Source: Pigmentiphaga sp. H8 (GTDB lineage: Bacteria; Pseudomonadota; Gammaproteobacteria; Burkholderiales; Burkholderiaceae_B). Taken from it: a DNA stretch of 24,000 nt. Location of the stretch: assembly GCF_003854895.1 (NCBI RefSeq), contig NZ_CP033966.1, forward strand, positions 1,722,689 through 1,746,688, in the 5' to 3' direction. Below the pieces are notes generated by a model. The model was not told the origin of the DNA. It did not search any database and was given only the letters and a program-made list of their open reading frames with translations. This document shows, piece by piece, positions 6,415-13,456 of this stretch. Every line of letters starts with the position of its first letter. The first letter of the stretch is position 1. A program made the position numbers and the translations under genes.

Positions 6415-8571
6415 ATGCCCACGCCCCCCCCTGATTGGGATCCTCTTGCGCCTGCCCGGCATGGAGACCCCGCCGAGGTCTACGGCGGCCTGAGGGAGAA
6501 ATGCCCCGTTGCCTGGAGCGACCGTTTCGATGGCTTCTACGCGATATCCCGCTTCGACGATGTCGTGAAGGCCGCGCTCGACGTGGAAACCTACTCCAGC
6601 GCCAAGGCAACGATTCCCGATAACGCGGGACCGGACCGTCCACCGCGCGCCCCTGTCGAAGTGGATCCGCCGGTGCACGGGGATTTCCGCGACGTCCTGA
6701 ACCGCTTCTTCACGCCCGATCGCATACGGTTGCTGGAGCCGGTGATCCGGCGCACCGCCCGGAGCCTGCTGGGCCGCTGCATCGCGCTTGGCGAAACGGA
6801 TGTCGTGGCGAATTTCACGTTCTACATGCCTATCCAGGTCCAGTGTACGTTCCTGGGCATCTCCCCCGATGACGGCGAGAGGATCAAGAACACCATCAAT
6901 CGGATCATCCATGCGGGAGCGGTGGGGGATGCGAGCGAGCACAAGAAGTCCAACGACGAGATCTACGCATATATCGAGTCGATCATCGACGCACGGCGCA
7001 GGACCCCATACGATCCCAACGATGTGATCAGCGCCCTCATCCATGAAAAGGTGGGCGGGCGGACGCTGACCGACGCGGACATCGCGGGAGTCATCCGTCT
7101 TTTCCTCCAGGCGGGCCATGGCACGACCACGCATGCCCTGGGCAGCATCATCCGCTACGTCGGTACCGTGCCCGCGGACCAGAAGCGGCTGAGAGAAAAG
7201 CCCGGGCTCATTCCCCAGGCGATCGAAGAGATCCTGCGGGTCTGGAGCCCCGTACGGGCGGTAGGCCGCAAGACGACCTGCGACGTGGAAGTCGCGGGCA
7301 GGCTGATTCCCAAAGGCTCGAAAGTCGGGTTGATGATCGCGTCGGCGAACCGGGATCCGGAAGCCTTCGAAGACGCGGACAGGGTGGACTTCGACAGGAA
7401 ACCCAATCGGCACATTGCGCTGGGATATGGCATTCACCGCTGCGTGGGAGCTGCGCTGGCCCGTGCCCAGTTGCGTGTGGCGCTGGAAGAACTGCTTTCG
7501 ATGACCGACGACGTCGTCGTCACCGGAGAGCCGGAATTCAGCAGTTGGTCGCACAATGGCCCGTCGAAGCTGATGGTCAGGCTGAAGCCGGCCACGCAGG
7601 CCGCGGGGGCTCCCGTCATCCGTGCGGGGCACAAGGAACTGTCCATGGCGGTGGGCGGCATCCGTCCCGTTGCCACGGACGTCATCGAACTGGAGCTTCG
7701 TCCTTCCTCCGGCATGGAGCTTCCGGAATGGACTCCCGGCGCGCATATCGATCTGGTACTGCCTGGCGACCTGAGGCGTTCCTATTCTCTGGTCGGTGCT
7801 CCGGCCGATCGTTCGTGCTGGCGGATCGCGGTGCTACGCGAAGCGACGGGGCGGGGCGGTTCGGACGCCATACACCGGATGAAGACCGGCGACACCATGC
7901 GTGTGCGATGGCCGACGAACAACTTCGTCCTGCGGGCGGCGCCAAATTATCATTTCTTCGCGAGCGGCATCGGCATCACACCCATCTTGTCCATGGCGCA
8001 AGCCGCGCGCGCTCAGGGAACGCCATTCAGGCTGGATTACATAGGCAGAAGCCGGGAAAGGTTGGCGTATCTCGACCGGGTCTCCGGGCTTGGGGACGTC
8101 CATTGTCACTTTACGTCGGAGTCCGGGCGTCCGGAGCTGGGTGAGCTGCTGGGCAGAACCGACCCTTCCGCTCCCGTCTATGCGTGCGGATCGCAGGATT
8201 TCCTGCTCGCGCTGGAGGCCGCTGCGACGGCGCTTGGGCGGTCGTTCCACACCGAGTGGTTCGCGCCAAGGCCCGGGGCGCGTCAAGCCGGAGACGGAGC
8301 GCTCGAGGCTTTCACCGTGCGGCTGGAACGCTCCAACGTCGAGGTTGGCGTTCTACCCGGCCAGTCGATCATCGACGCCTGCGCGGAGGCCGGCGTATCC
8401 ATTCCGGCATCCTGCTTCGAGGGTACCTGCGGTTCGTGCCTGTCGACGGTGCTGGAGGGCGTTCCGGATCATCGTGACTCGTTTCTCTCGCCCAATGAGC
8501 GGAAGTCGAACCGGCTCATGGCCGCCTGTGTGTCCAAGTCGATGACGGCCAAGCTCGTGCTGGATTGGTGA
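6415..8571 (+). CDS. Self-sufficient cytochrome P450 fused to a phthalate-dioxygenase-reductase-like FMN/NAD(P)H/[2Fe-2S] domain (class VII, CYP116B-type architecture)
   Basis: 718 aa with AAGGAA SD. P450 part (aa 1-~392): 'DPPVHGDFRDVLNRFFTP', I-helix 'LQAGHGTTTH', ExxR 'EEILR', and heme loop 'LGYGIHRCVGAAL' (Cys343, nt 7441-7443). Reductase part: 'RSYSL' (aa 455-459), 'FFASGIGITP' (aa 514-523), and a ferredoxin Cys pattern C667-x4-C672-x2-C675-x29-C705. Confidence 0.85.
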   Translation: MPTPPPDWDPLAPARHGDPAEVYGGLREKCPVAWSDRFDGFYAISRFDDVVKAALDVETYSSAKATIPDNAGPDRPPRAPVEVDPPVHGDFRDVLNRFFTPDRIRLLEPVIRRTARSLLGRCIALGETDVVANFTFYMPIQVQCTFLGISPDDGERIKNTINRIIHAGAVGDASEHKKSNDEIYAYIESIIDARRRTPYDPNDVISALIHEKVGGRTLTDADIAGVIRLFLQAGHGTTTHALGSIIRYVGTVPADQKRLREKPGLIPQAIEEILRVWSPVRAVGRKTTCDVEVAGRLIPKGSKVGLMIASANRDPEAFEDADRVDFDRKPNRHIALGYGIHRCVGAALARAQLRVALEELLSMTDDVVVTGEPEFSSWSHNGPSKLMVRLKPATQAAGAPVIRAGHKELSMAVGGIRPVATDVIELELRPSSGMELPEWTPGAHIDLVLPGDLRRSYSLVGAPADRSCWRIAVLREATGRGGSDAIHRMKTGDTMRVRWPTNNFVLRAAPNYHFFASGIGITPILSMAQAARAQGTPFRLDYIGRSRERLAYLDRVSGLGDVHCHFTSESGRPELGELLGRTDPSAPVYACGSQDFLLALEAAATALGRSFHTEWFAPRPGARQAGDGALEAFTVRLERSNVEVGVLPGQSIIDACAEAGVSIPASCFEGTCGSCLSTVLEGVPDHRDSFLSPNERKSNRLMAACVSKSMTAKLVLDW

Positions 8572-8601
8572 GCTCCAGGCATGCCGCAAAGGTGGCGCTT
8601 C

Positions 8602-9720
8602 CTAGAACCCCAGCGCCACCGCCAGTCCTCCGCCCACCACCCCGATCCCGACCACGCCCGCCATGAGCACGGCCAGCTCGACCGGCCTGAACGACTTCGC
8701 CACCATCGCGAGCGACGGCAGGCTGATGGGCGGCAAGGTCATGATGAGCGCGGCGGCCGGGCCGGCGGCCATGCCCAGCGACAGCATCGCCTGGACGATG
8801 GGAACTTCGCCGGCGGTGGGAATGACGAACAGCATGCCGGCCACGGCCAGGCCGACGATCCACAGCACGCTGTTGTCCACGCCGGCGCCGATTTCCGGGA
8901 ACAGCCAGGCGCGCGCGGCGCCCAGCAGCAGGACCAGCACGATGTACTCGGGCAGCAGGCGCAGCGTCATGCGGGCCAGGATGCGCATCCAGCGGCGCAA
9001 GACGTGCGCGTCGTCCAGGTCCGCGCCGCCCGCGGCCTGCATGGCCTGCATTTGCGCGCCGTCGAAGGTGTCGGTGCTGCCCCGGCTCATGCGGTTGAGC
9101 AGCCAGCCCAGGCCGAACACCATCACCAGGCCCAGCCCCAGGCGCAGACCCATCCAGTGCCAGCCCAGCACGAAGCCCATGAAGATCAGCGTGGCCGGAT
9201 TGAGCACGGTATTGCCCAGCCAGAACGCGGCCGCGCTGCCGGGCGCGGCCTGGCACTTGCGCAGTCCGGCCACGACCGGCGCGGCGCAGCAGGTGCACAT
9301 CATGCCGGGCAGGGAAAGCAGGCCGCCGGCCACGACGCTGCCCAGGCCGGTGCCGCCCAGCATGCGCAGTATCCAGGCGCGCGGCAGCAGGGCCTGCACG
9401 CCCGATCCCAGCAGCAGTCCCAGCACCATGGCTTTCCAGATGGCCAGGCCGTAGGCCACCGCATAGTCCAGCGCCGCGTGCATGGACGGCGCGGGCGGGG
9501 CGGACTGCTTGCCCATCAGGATGGACTGGCCGATGGAGTGTGTGTCGGCCGCCACGAAGGCGCGGTCGTAGTAGGGCGACCATTTCACGTAGAAGAGGCC
9601 GGCGATCGCGATCAGCGCGAACACCGCGATGGCCCAGGCGGGGTGGGGGGCGGAGCGTGTGGAGGCGTGGGTACTCATGAAGGGCTGCGCAAGGTGCCGT
9701 CGTTGGCGAGGAGGCGCCAT
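8602..9720 (-). CDS. Polytopic membrane permease of the COG0701/ArsP-like 'permease' family (substrate unknown)
   Basis: 372 aa from the ATG at 9720; an alternative ATG at 9678 gives 'MSTHAST...'. Neither start has a clear SD. The protein is highly hydrophobic with multiple predicted TM segments. A membrane-embedded Cys cluster 'LPGMMCTCCAAPVVAGL' is reminiscent of the vicinal-Cys motif of ArsP-type permeases. Confidence 0.65.
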   Translation of the reverse strand: MAPPRQRRHLAQPFMSTHASTRSAPHPAWAIAVFALIAIAGLFYVKWSPYYDRAFVAADTHSIGQSILMGKQSAPPAPSMHAALDYAVAYGLAIWKAMVLGLLLGSGVQALLPRAWILRMLGGTGLGSVVAGGLLSLPGMMCTCCAAPVVAGLRKCQAAPGSAAAFWLGNTVLNPATLIFMGFVLGWHWMGLRLGLGLVMVFGLGWLLNRMSRGSTDTFDGAQMQAMQAAGGADLDDAHVLRRWMRILARMTLRLLPEYIVLVLLLGAARAWLFPEIGAGVDNSVLWIVGLAVAGMLFVIPTAGEVPIVQAMLSLGMAAGPAAALIMTLPPISLPSLAMVAKSFRPVELAVLMAGVVGIGVVGGGLAVALGF

Positions 9721-9741
9721 TTTAGTGGCTGCGCGTGCCTT

Positions 9742-9757
9742 TGCTTGAGCGGTGCCA
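9742..9757 (-). promoter_or_regulatory. Candidate sigma-54 (-24/-12) promoter upstream of the permease gene
   Basis: The minus strand reads TGGCAC-CGCTC-AAGCA. The -24 TGGCAC is perfect, and the GG-N10-GC spacing matches the consensus TGGCAC-N5-TTGCA. The -12 element matches only in GCA. It lies 22 nt upstream of the ATG at 9720 and 64 nt upstream of the ATG at 9678. Confidence 0.3.
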
Positions 9758-9927
9758 CGATTCCCGGTCGAGCTGGCGGCCTACCGTTTTTACAAACAGT
9801 CATCGGAACTGCAACTATTGACATTTGGCGCGAACCGATGCAGTCCGGTAGACAAAATCACTTACAATCGCTGGCCATGCGAGCCCGGGGAAGCCCCCGC
9901 CAACCCTTGCGTCGCAACGTCGTTCCA

Positions 9928-9954
9928 GCCCGTGATCGCATGGGCTTTTTTATT
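9928..9954 (+). terminator. Intrinsic-terminator-like hairpin in the 5' leader of the MHYT-GGDEF-EAL gene (candidate attenuator or sRNA 3' end)
   Basis: GCCCGTG-ATCG-CGCATGGGC forms a 7-bp stem (one G-U pair) with a 4-nt loop (9928-9945). It is followed directly by TTTTTTATT (9946-9954). The U-tract exists only on the plus strand. No plus-strand CDS ends upstream of it. The hairpin sits 38 nt before the ATG at 9992. Confidence 0.5.
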
Positions 9955-9991
9955 GGGCGCGGCCATCGCCGCGCAGGAAACGCGACCCGCC

Positions 9992-12043
9992 ATGATGACC
10001 GTCTTGGGATGTATCGTTTACAGCCACAATCCCTGGCTGGTGCTCGTCGCCGTCCTGATCTGCTGCGCGGGCTCCTGGGTGACCGTCCGGCTGTTCCAGC
10101 GGGCGGCTGGCACCTCGGGCGTACAGCGCCTTGGATGGCATGTCCTGACGGCGGTGGCGGCCGGCGCCGCGATCTGGTGCACGCACTTCATCGCCATGAT
10201 CGGTTTCGAGCCTGGAACGCCGGTCGCCTTCGATCCCGTGCTGACCGTGCTGTCCCTGCTGGTGGCCGTCGTCGGCGCCGCGCCGGGCTTCGCGCTCGCC
10301 TGCAGCCGGCGCCTGAGGTTCGCGCCAGCCCTGGGTGGCGCGGTGGTGGGTGTCGCGATCGTGCTCATGCACTACATCGGCATGCTGGCGTACCGGGTGC
10401 AGGGCCTCGTGTCGTGGGATCCGGGTTACCTGGTGGCGTCCGTCTTGATCTCCGTGGCATTTGCGGCATTGGCGCTGCACGCCGCGGCGCGTCTCGATCG
10501 CCCCGCCATGCGGTATGCCGCCGGCGGATTGCTGGGGCTGGCCATCGCCGGCCTGCACTTCACCGGCATGACGGCGTTCCAGGTCTCGCCCATGCTGGTC
10601 GACGGCATCTTCGCGCAGCCGCAGGCGCTGCAGGCGCTGGGCCTGGCGGTGGCCGGCGTGGCGCTGGTGATCGTGGGCGCCGGCGTGGCCAGCTATCTGA
10701 TCGACGACAGCGTGCGTTCGGAGTCGCTTGAACGATTGCGCCGCATGGCGCTGACCGACAGCCTGACGGAACTGCCCAACCGCAGCAGCTTCAACGATCG
10801 CCTGGACAACGAGATCTACCTGGCCGACCAGACGGGCGGACGCATCGCGCTGGTGGGCATCGACCTGAATCGCTTCAAGGAAATCAACGACCTGCACGGC
10901 CACGCCGCGGGCGACCGGGTCCTGGTGGTGCTGGCCCAGCGGATGCGCAGCCTGTTGCAGGAAGGCGAGTTCGTGGCGCGGCTGGGCGGCGACGAGTTCG
11001 TGGCCATCCACCGCATGCGCGAGGGCTCGCTGCTAGATTTCCTGTCGCGGCTGGAAACCTCGCTGTTCGCCCCCATCCAGGTCGAGGATTGGGAAGCGGT
11101 GCCGGGCGCCAGCCTGGGCGTGGCGATCTACCCCGACGATGCCCGCGACAAGAGCATGCTGATCGGCAATACCGACCTGGCGATGTACCGCGCGAAGTCG
11201 GACATGCTGAAGAACGTCTGTTTCTACGAGCCGTCGATGGACGAGGCGATCCGCGCCCGGCGTACCCTGGCCAGCGAACTGCGCGAGGCGCTCGAAAGCG
11301 GCCAGCTCGACATCCACTACCAGGTGCAGACCGCCGTCGAAACCCGCGAGATCCGTGGCTACGAGGCATTGCTGCGCTGGCTGCATCCGCGGCGCGGCTA
11401 CGTCCCGCCCGTCGAGTTCATTCCCCTGGCCGAAGAGAACGGCCTCATCCTGCAACTGGGAGAATGGGTGCTCAGGAACGCGTGCTCGCGGGCCGCTTCG
11501 TGGGATCCTCCCTACAAGGTGGCGGTCAACCTGTCGCGCGCGCAGTTCGCCCACGCCGACCTGCCGACGCTGATCCAGGACGTGCTGGCCGACACCGGGC
11601 TGCCGCCGGAGCGGCTGGAGCTCGAGTTGACCGAGTCCACGCTGTTCGCGGACCGCGAACGCTCGCTGTACATGCTGCGCGAGATCAAGGCGCTGGGGGT
11701 CAGCATCGCGCTGGACGATTTCGGCACCGGCTATTCCTCGCTCGAGACGTTGCGTACCTTCCCGTTCGACAAGATCAAGCTGGACTGCTCGTTCGTGAGC
11801 GAGGTCGAATCCAGCCCGCAGGCCCGCGCCATCGTGCGCGCGGTCCTGGCTCTGGGCAAGAGCCTGGACATTCCCGTGCTGGCCGAGGGCATCGAGACGC
11901 CGGGCCAGTTGTCGCTGCTGCGCAAGGAAGGCTGCGACGAAGTGCAGGGCTTTCTGCTCGGCCGTCCGGTGCCGCTGGGCCAGATCGTCAACAGCGGCCA
12001 GATATCCCTGGTCACCGCGGCAGACAGGCTGGTGCACCCTTAG
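9992..12043 (+). CDS. MHYT-domain sensor fused to GGDEF diguanylate cyclase and EAL phosphodiesterase domains (MucR/NbdA-like)
   Basis: ORF 9752..12043. The first ATG giving a sensible N-terminus is at 9992 ('MMTVLGCIVYSHNPWLVLVAVLI'). There are three MHYT-type repeats in TM helices: 'THFIAM', 'MHYIGM' and 'LHFTGM'. GGDEF is intact ('ARLGGDEFVAI') with no RxxD I-site. EAL catalytic residues are intact ('YEALLRW', 'NLS', 'ELTES', 'DDFGTGYSS', 'KLD', 'EGIE'). Confidence 0.9.
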   Translation: MMTVLGCIVYSHNPWLVLVAVLICCAGSWVTVRLFQRAAGTSGVQRLGWHVLTAVAAGAAIWCTHFIAMIGFEPGTPVAFDPVLTVLSLLVAVVGAAPGFALACSRRLRFAPALGGAVVGVAIVLMHYIGMLAYRVQGLVSWDPGYLVASVLISVAFAALALHAAARLDRPAMRYAAGGLLGLAIAGLHFTGMTAFQVSPMLVDGIFAQPQALQALGLAVAGVALVIVGAGVASYLIDDSVRSESLERLRRMALTDSLTELPNRSSFNDRLDNEIYLADQTGGRIALVGIDLNRFKEINDLHGHAAGDRVLVVLAQRMRSLLQEGEFVARLGGDEFVAIHRMREGSLLDFLSRLETSLFAPIQVEDWEAVPGASLGVAIYPDDARDKSMLIGNTDLAMYRAKSDMLKNVCFYEPSMDEAIRARRTLASELREALESGQLDIHYQVQTAVETREIRGYEALLRWLHPRRGYVPPVEFIPLAEENGLILQLGEWVLRNACSRAASWDPPYKVAVNLSRAQFAHADLPTLIQDVLADTGLPPERLELELTESTLFADRERSLYMLREIKALGVSIALDDFGTGYSSLETLRTFPFDKIKLDCSFVSEVESSPQARAIVRAVLALGKSLDIPVLAEGIETPGQLSLLRKEGCDEVQGFLLGRPVPLGQIVNSGQISLVTAADRLVHP

Positions 12044-12050
12044 GAAAGAA

Positions 12051-12080
12051 GGCATTGACCGGACAGCGGACGGCAATGCC
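12051..12080 (+). terminator. Possible stem-loop downstream of the MHYT-GGDEF-EAL gene
   Basis: GGCATTG-A-CCG ... CGG-CAATGCC gives 10 bp with one bulge and a 9-nt loop, starting 8 nt after the TAG at 12041-12043. No U-tract follows. Confidence 0.25.
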
Positions 12081-12154
12081 CGGCGGTTGAGGGTATCCTT
12101 GCGGCAGGCCAGGCAGCGCGCCGTGGCGGCTCGAATCAAGGCAAGGGGACACAA

Positions 12155-13429
12155 TTGGCTGGGCAACGCATCGGCAACTGGTATTTCGGCTGGACCATCG
12201 TGGCGGCGGCTACGGGCCTGACGCTGCTGACCGTCGGTATGCGCATGGGCATAGGCCCGTTCTTCCTTCCCATCATCGAAGACCTGGGCTTCAGCCGCAG
12301 CATGCTGGCCGGCATGGTCGCGATCGGCATGCTCTGCTATGGCCTGGCGATGCCGCTGGCCGGTTATCTCGTGGCCGCGCGCGGCACGCGCTTCGTGCTG
12401 CTGACGGGCATGGTGGTGGTGGTGGTTTCATCCATCGCCACGGTCCTGGCGCGCCATCCGCTGGCGTTCTTCCTGGCGTTCGGAGTGGGGCAGTCGGTGG
12501 GGCTGGGACTGACCAGCCCGGTGGCGCTCACGCCCATCCTGACCCGCTGGTTCACGCGCCAGCGCGGCATGGCGCTGTTCTTTCTATCCACCGGGTCGAT
12601 GGCGGGCATCGCGCTGATGACCCCGGTGTTCACGTCGTTCATCGCCTGGCTGGGCTGGCGCACGACCATGCTGGTCTTCGCGGCGGCCTTCGCCCTGTTC
12701 ACGGTGCCCGCCGCGCTGCTGATCTTCCGCGACAATGCCCCGCCCGAGTCCGACCTGCGGCCCGAGGACCTCGCGGCACGGGCCACCGCCAAGGCCACGC
12801 AGCCCGGACCCGCCGCGGCCAGCCTGCGCGTGGGCGACGCGCTGCGCTCCGCGCCTTTCTGGCAGATCGCGCTGGGTCTTTTCGCCTGTGGGTTCAGCAT
12901 GAACCTGCTGGGATCGCACGGCGTGCCCATGCTGATGGACCACGGCTTCGACGCGATGACCAGCGCGCTGGGCATCGGCCTGATCGGCGCGGTGGCCGTG
13001 TTCAGCACGCTGGTGCTGGGACGCCTGGCCGACGTGCTGCCCCGGCGCGACATCCTGGCCACGATCTATCTCGTGCGCGGCCTGGGCTTCTTCGCGCTGG
13101 TCGTGGTCGGCACGCATTGGGAGCTGTACACGGCCGCCACGCTGGGCGGCATCGTCTGGTCGGGCAGCATCGCCCTGTCGTCGGCCTTGCTGGCCGACAT
13201 CTACGGCGTGAAGCTGGTGGGCATCCTGTACGGCTGGGCCTATCTGGGGCACCAGTTCGGCGGCATGATCAGCTCGTGGCTGGGCGGCTGGGGCTACGAG
13301 ACCTTCGGTACGCACTGGGTGTCGTTCGGCGCGGCCGGCACGCTGCTGGTGGCGGCCGCGCTGTTGTCCATGCGCCTGCCCCGGCGCGCGACGCTGCTGG
13401 TGCCGCGCGCCGCGCCGGCGGCGGGCTGA
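12155..13429 (+). CDS. MFS transporter (substrate unknown)
   Basis: 424 aa from a TTG start at 12155, preceded by AAGGGGA. The hydrophobic profile shows ~12 TM segments with a central hydrophilic loop ('RDNAPPESDLRPEDLAARATAKATQPG'), typical of an MFS topology. Confidence 0.8.
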   Translation: MAGQRIGNWYFGWTIVAAATGLTLLTVGMRMGIGPFFLPIIEDLGFSRSMLAGMVAIGMLCYGLAMPLAGYLVAARGTRFVLLTGMVVVVVSSIATVLARHPLAFFLAFGVGQSVGLGLTSPVALTPILTRWFTRQRGMALFFLSTGSMAGIALMTPVFTSFIAWLGWRTTMLVFAAAFALFTVPAALLIFRDNAPPESDLRPEDLAARATAKATQPGPAAASLRVGDALRSAPFWQIALGLFACGFSMNLLGSHGVPMLMDHGFDAMTSALGIGLIGAVAVFSTLVLGRLADVLPRRDILATIYLVRGLGFFALVVVGTHWELYTAATLGGIVWSGSIALSSALLADIYGVKLVGILYGWAYLGHQFGGMISSWLGGWGYETFGTHWVSFGAAGTLLVAAALLSMRLPRRATLLVPRAAPAAG

Positions 13430-13456
13430 GGAAGCGGGCCGCCGGCGCGGCGGGCG

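Noticed and set aside
5076-6422. Long ORFs antisense to, or out of frame with, the called genes. Examples: 5076..6422(-), 6286..7746(-), 8516..9583(-), 8581..10731(+), 9950..11011(-), 11033..12166(-), 14955..15863(-), 15167..16393(+), 21189..22139(+).
   Set aside because: Their translations are Arg/Pro/Gly/Ala-rich and low in complexity, with no recognisable motifs. They overlap genes that have clear family signatures. Stop-codon scarcity in high-GC DNA routinely generates such shadow ORFs.
9818-9868. Perfect -35 hexamer TTGACA (9818-9823) and -10-like TACAAT (9863-9868) as the promoter for the leader.
   Set aside because: The two hexamers are 39 nt apart, so they cannot form one sigma-70 promoter. 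Neither has a convincing partner hexamer at 16-18 nt spacing. The promoter position therefore remains unknown.
9841-9870. Possible c-di-GMP-I (GEMM-I) riboswitch upstream of the GGDEF-EAL gene, prompted by 'TCCGGTAG', which also occurs in the Vc2 aptamer.
   Set aside because: Only this ~8-nt string matches. I could not find the conserved GCAAA-containing junctions or the tetraloop/receptor architecture. The match is treated as coincidence. The leader is reported only as an unclassified terminator/antiterminator candidate.
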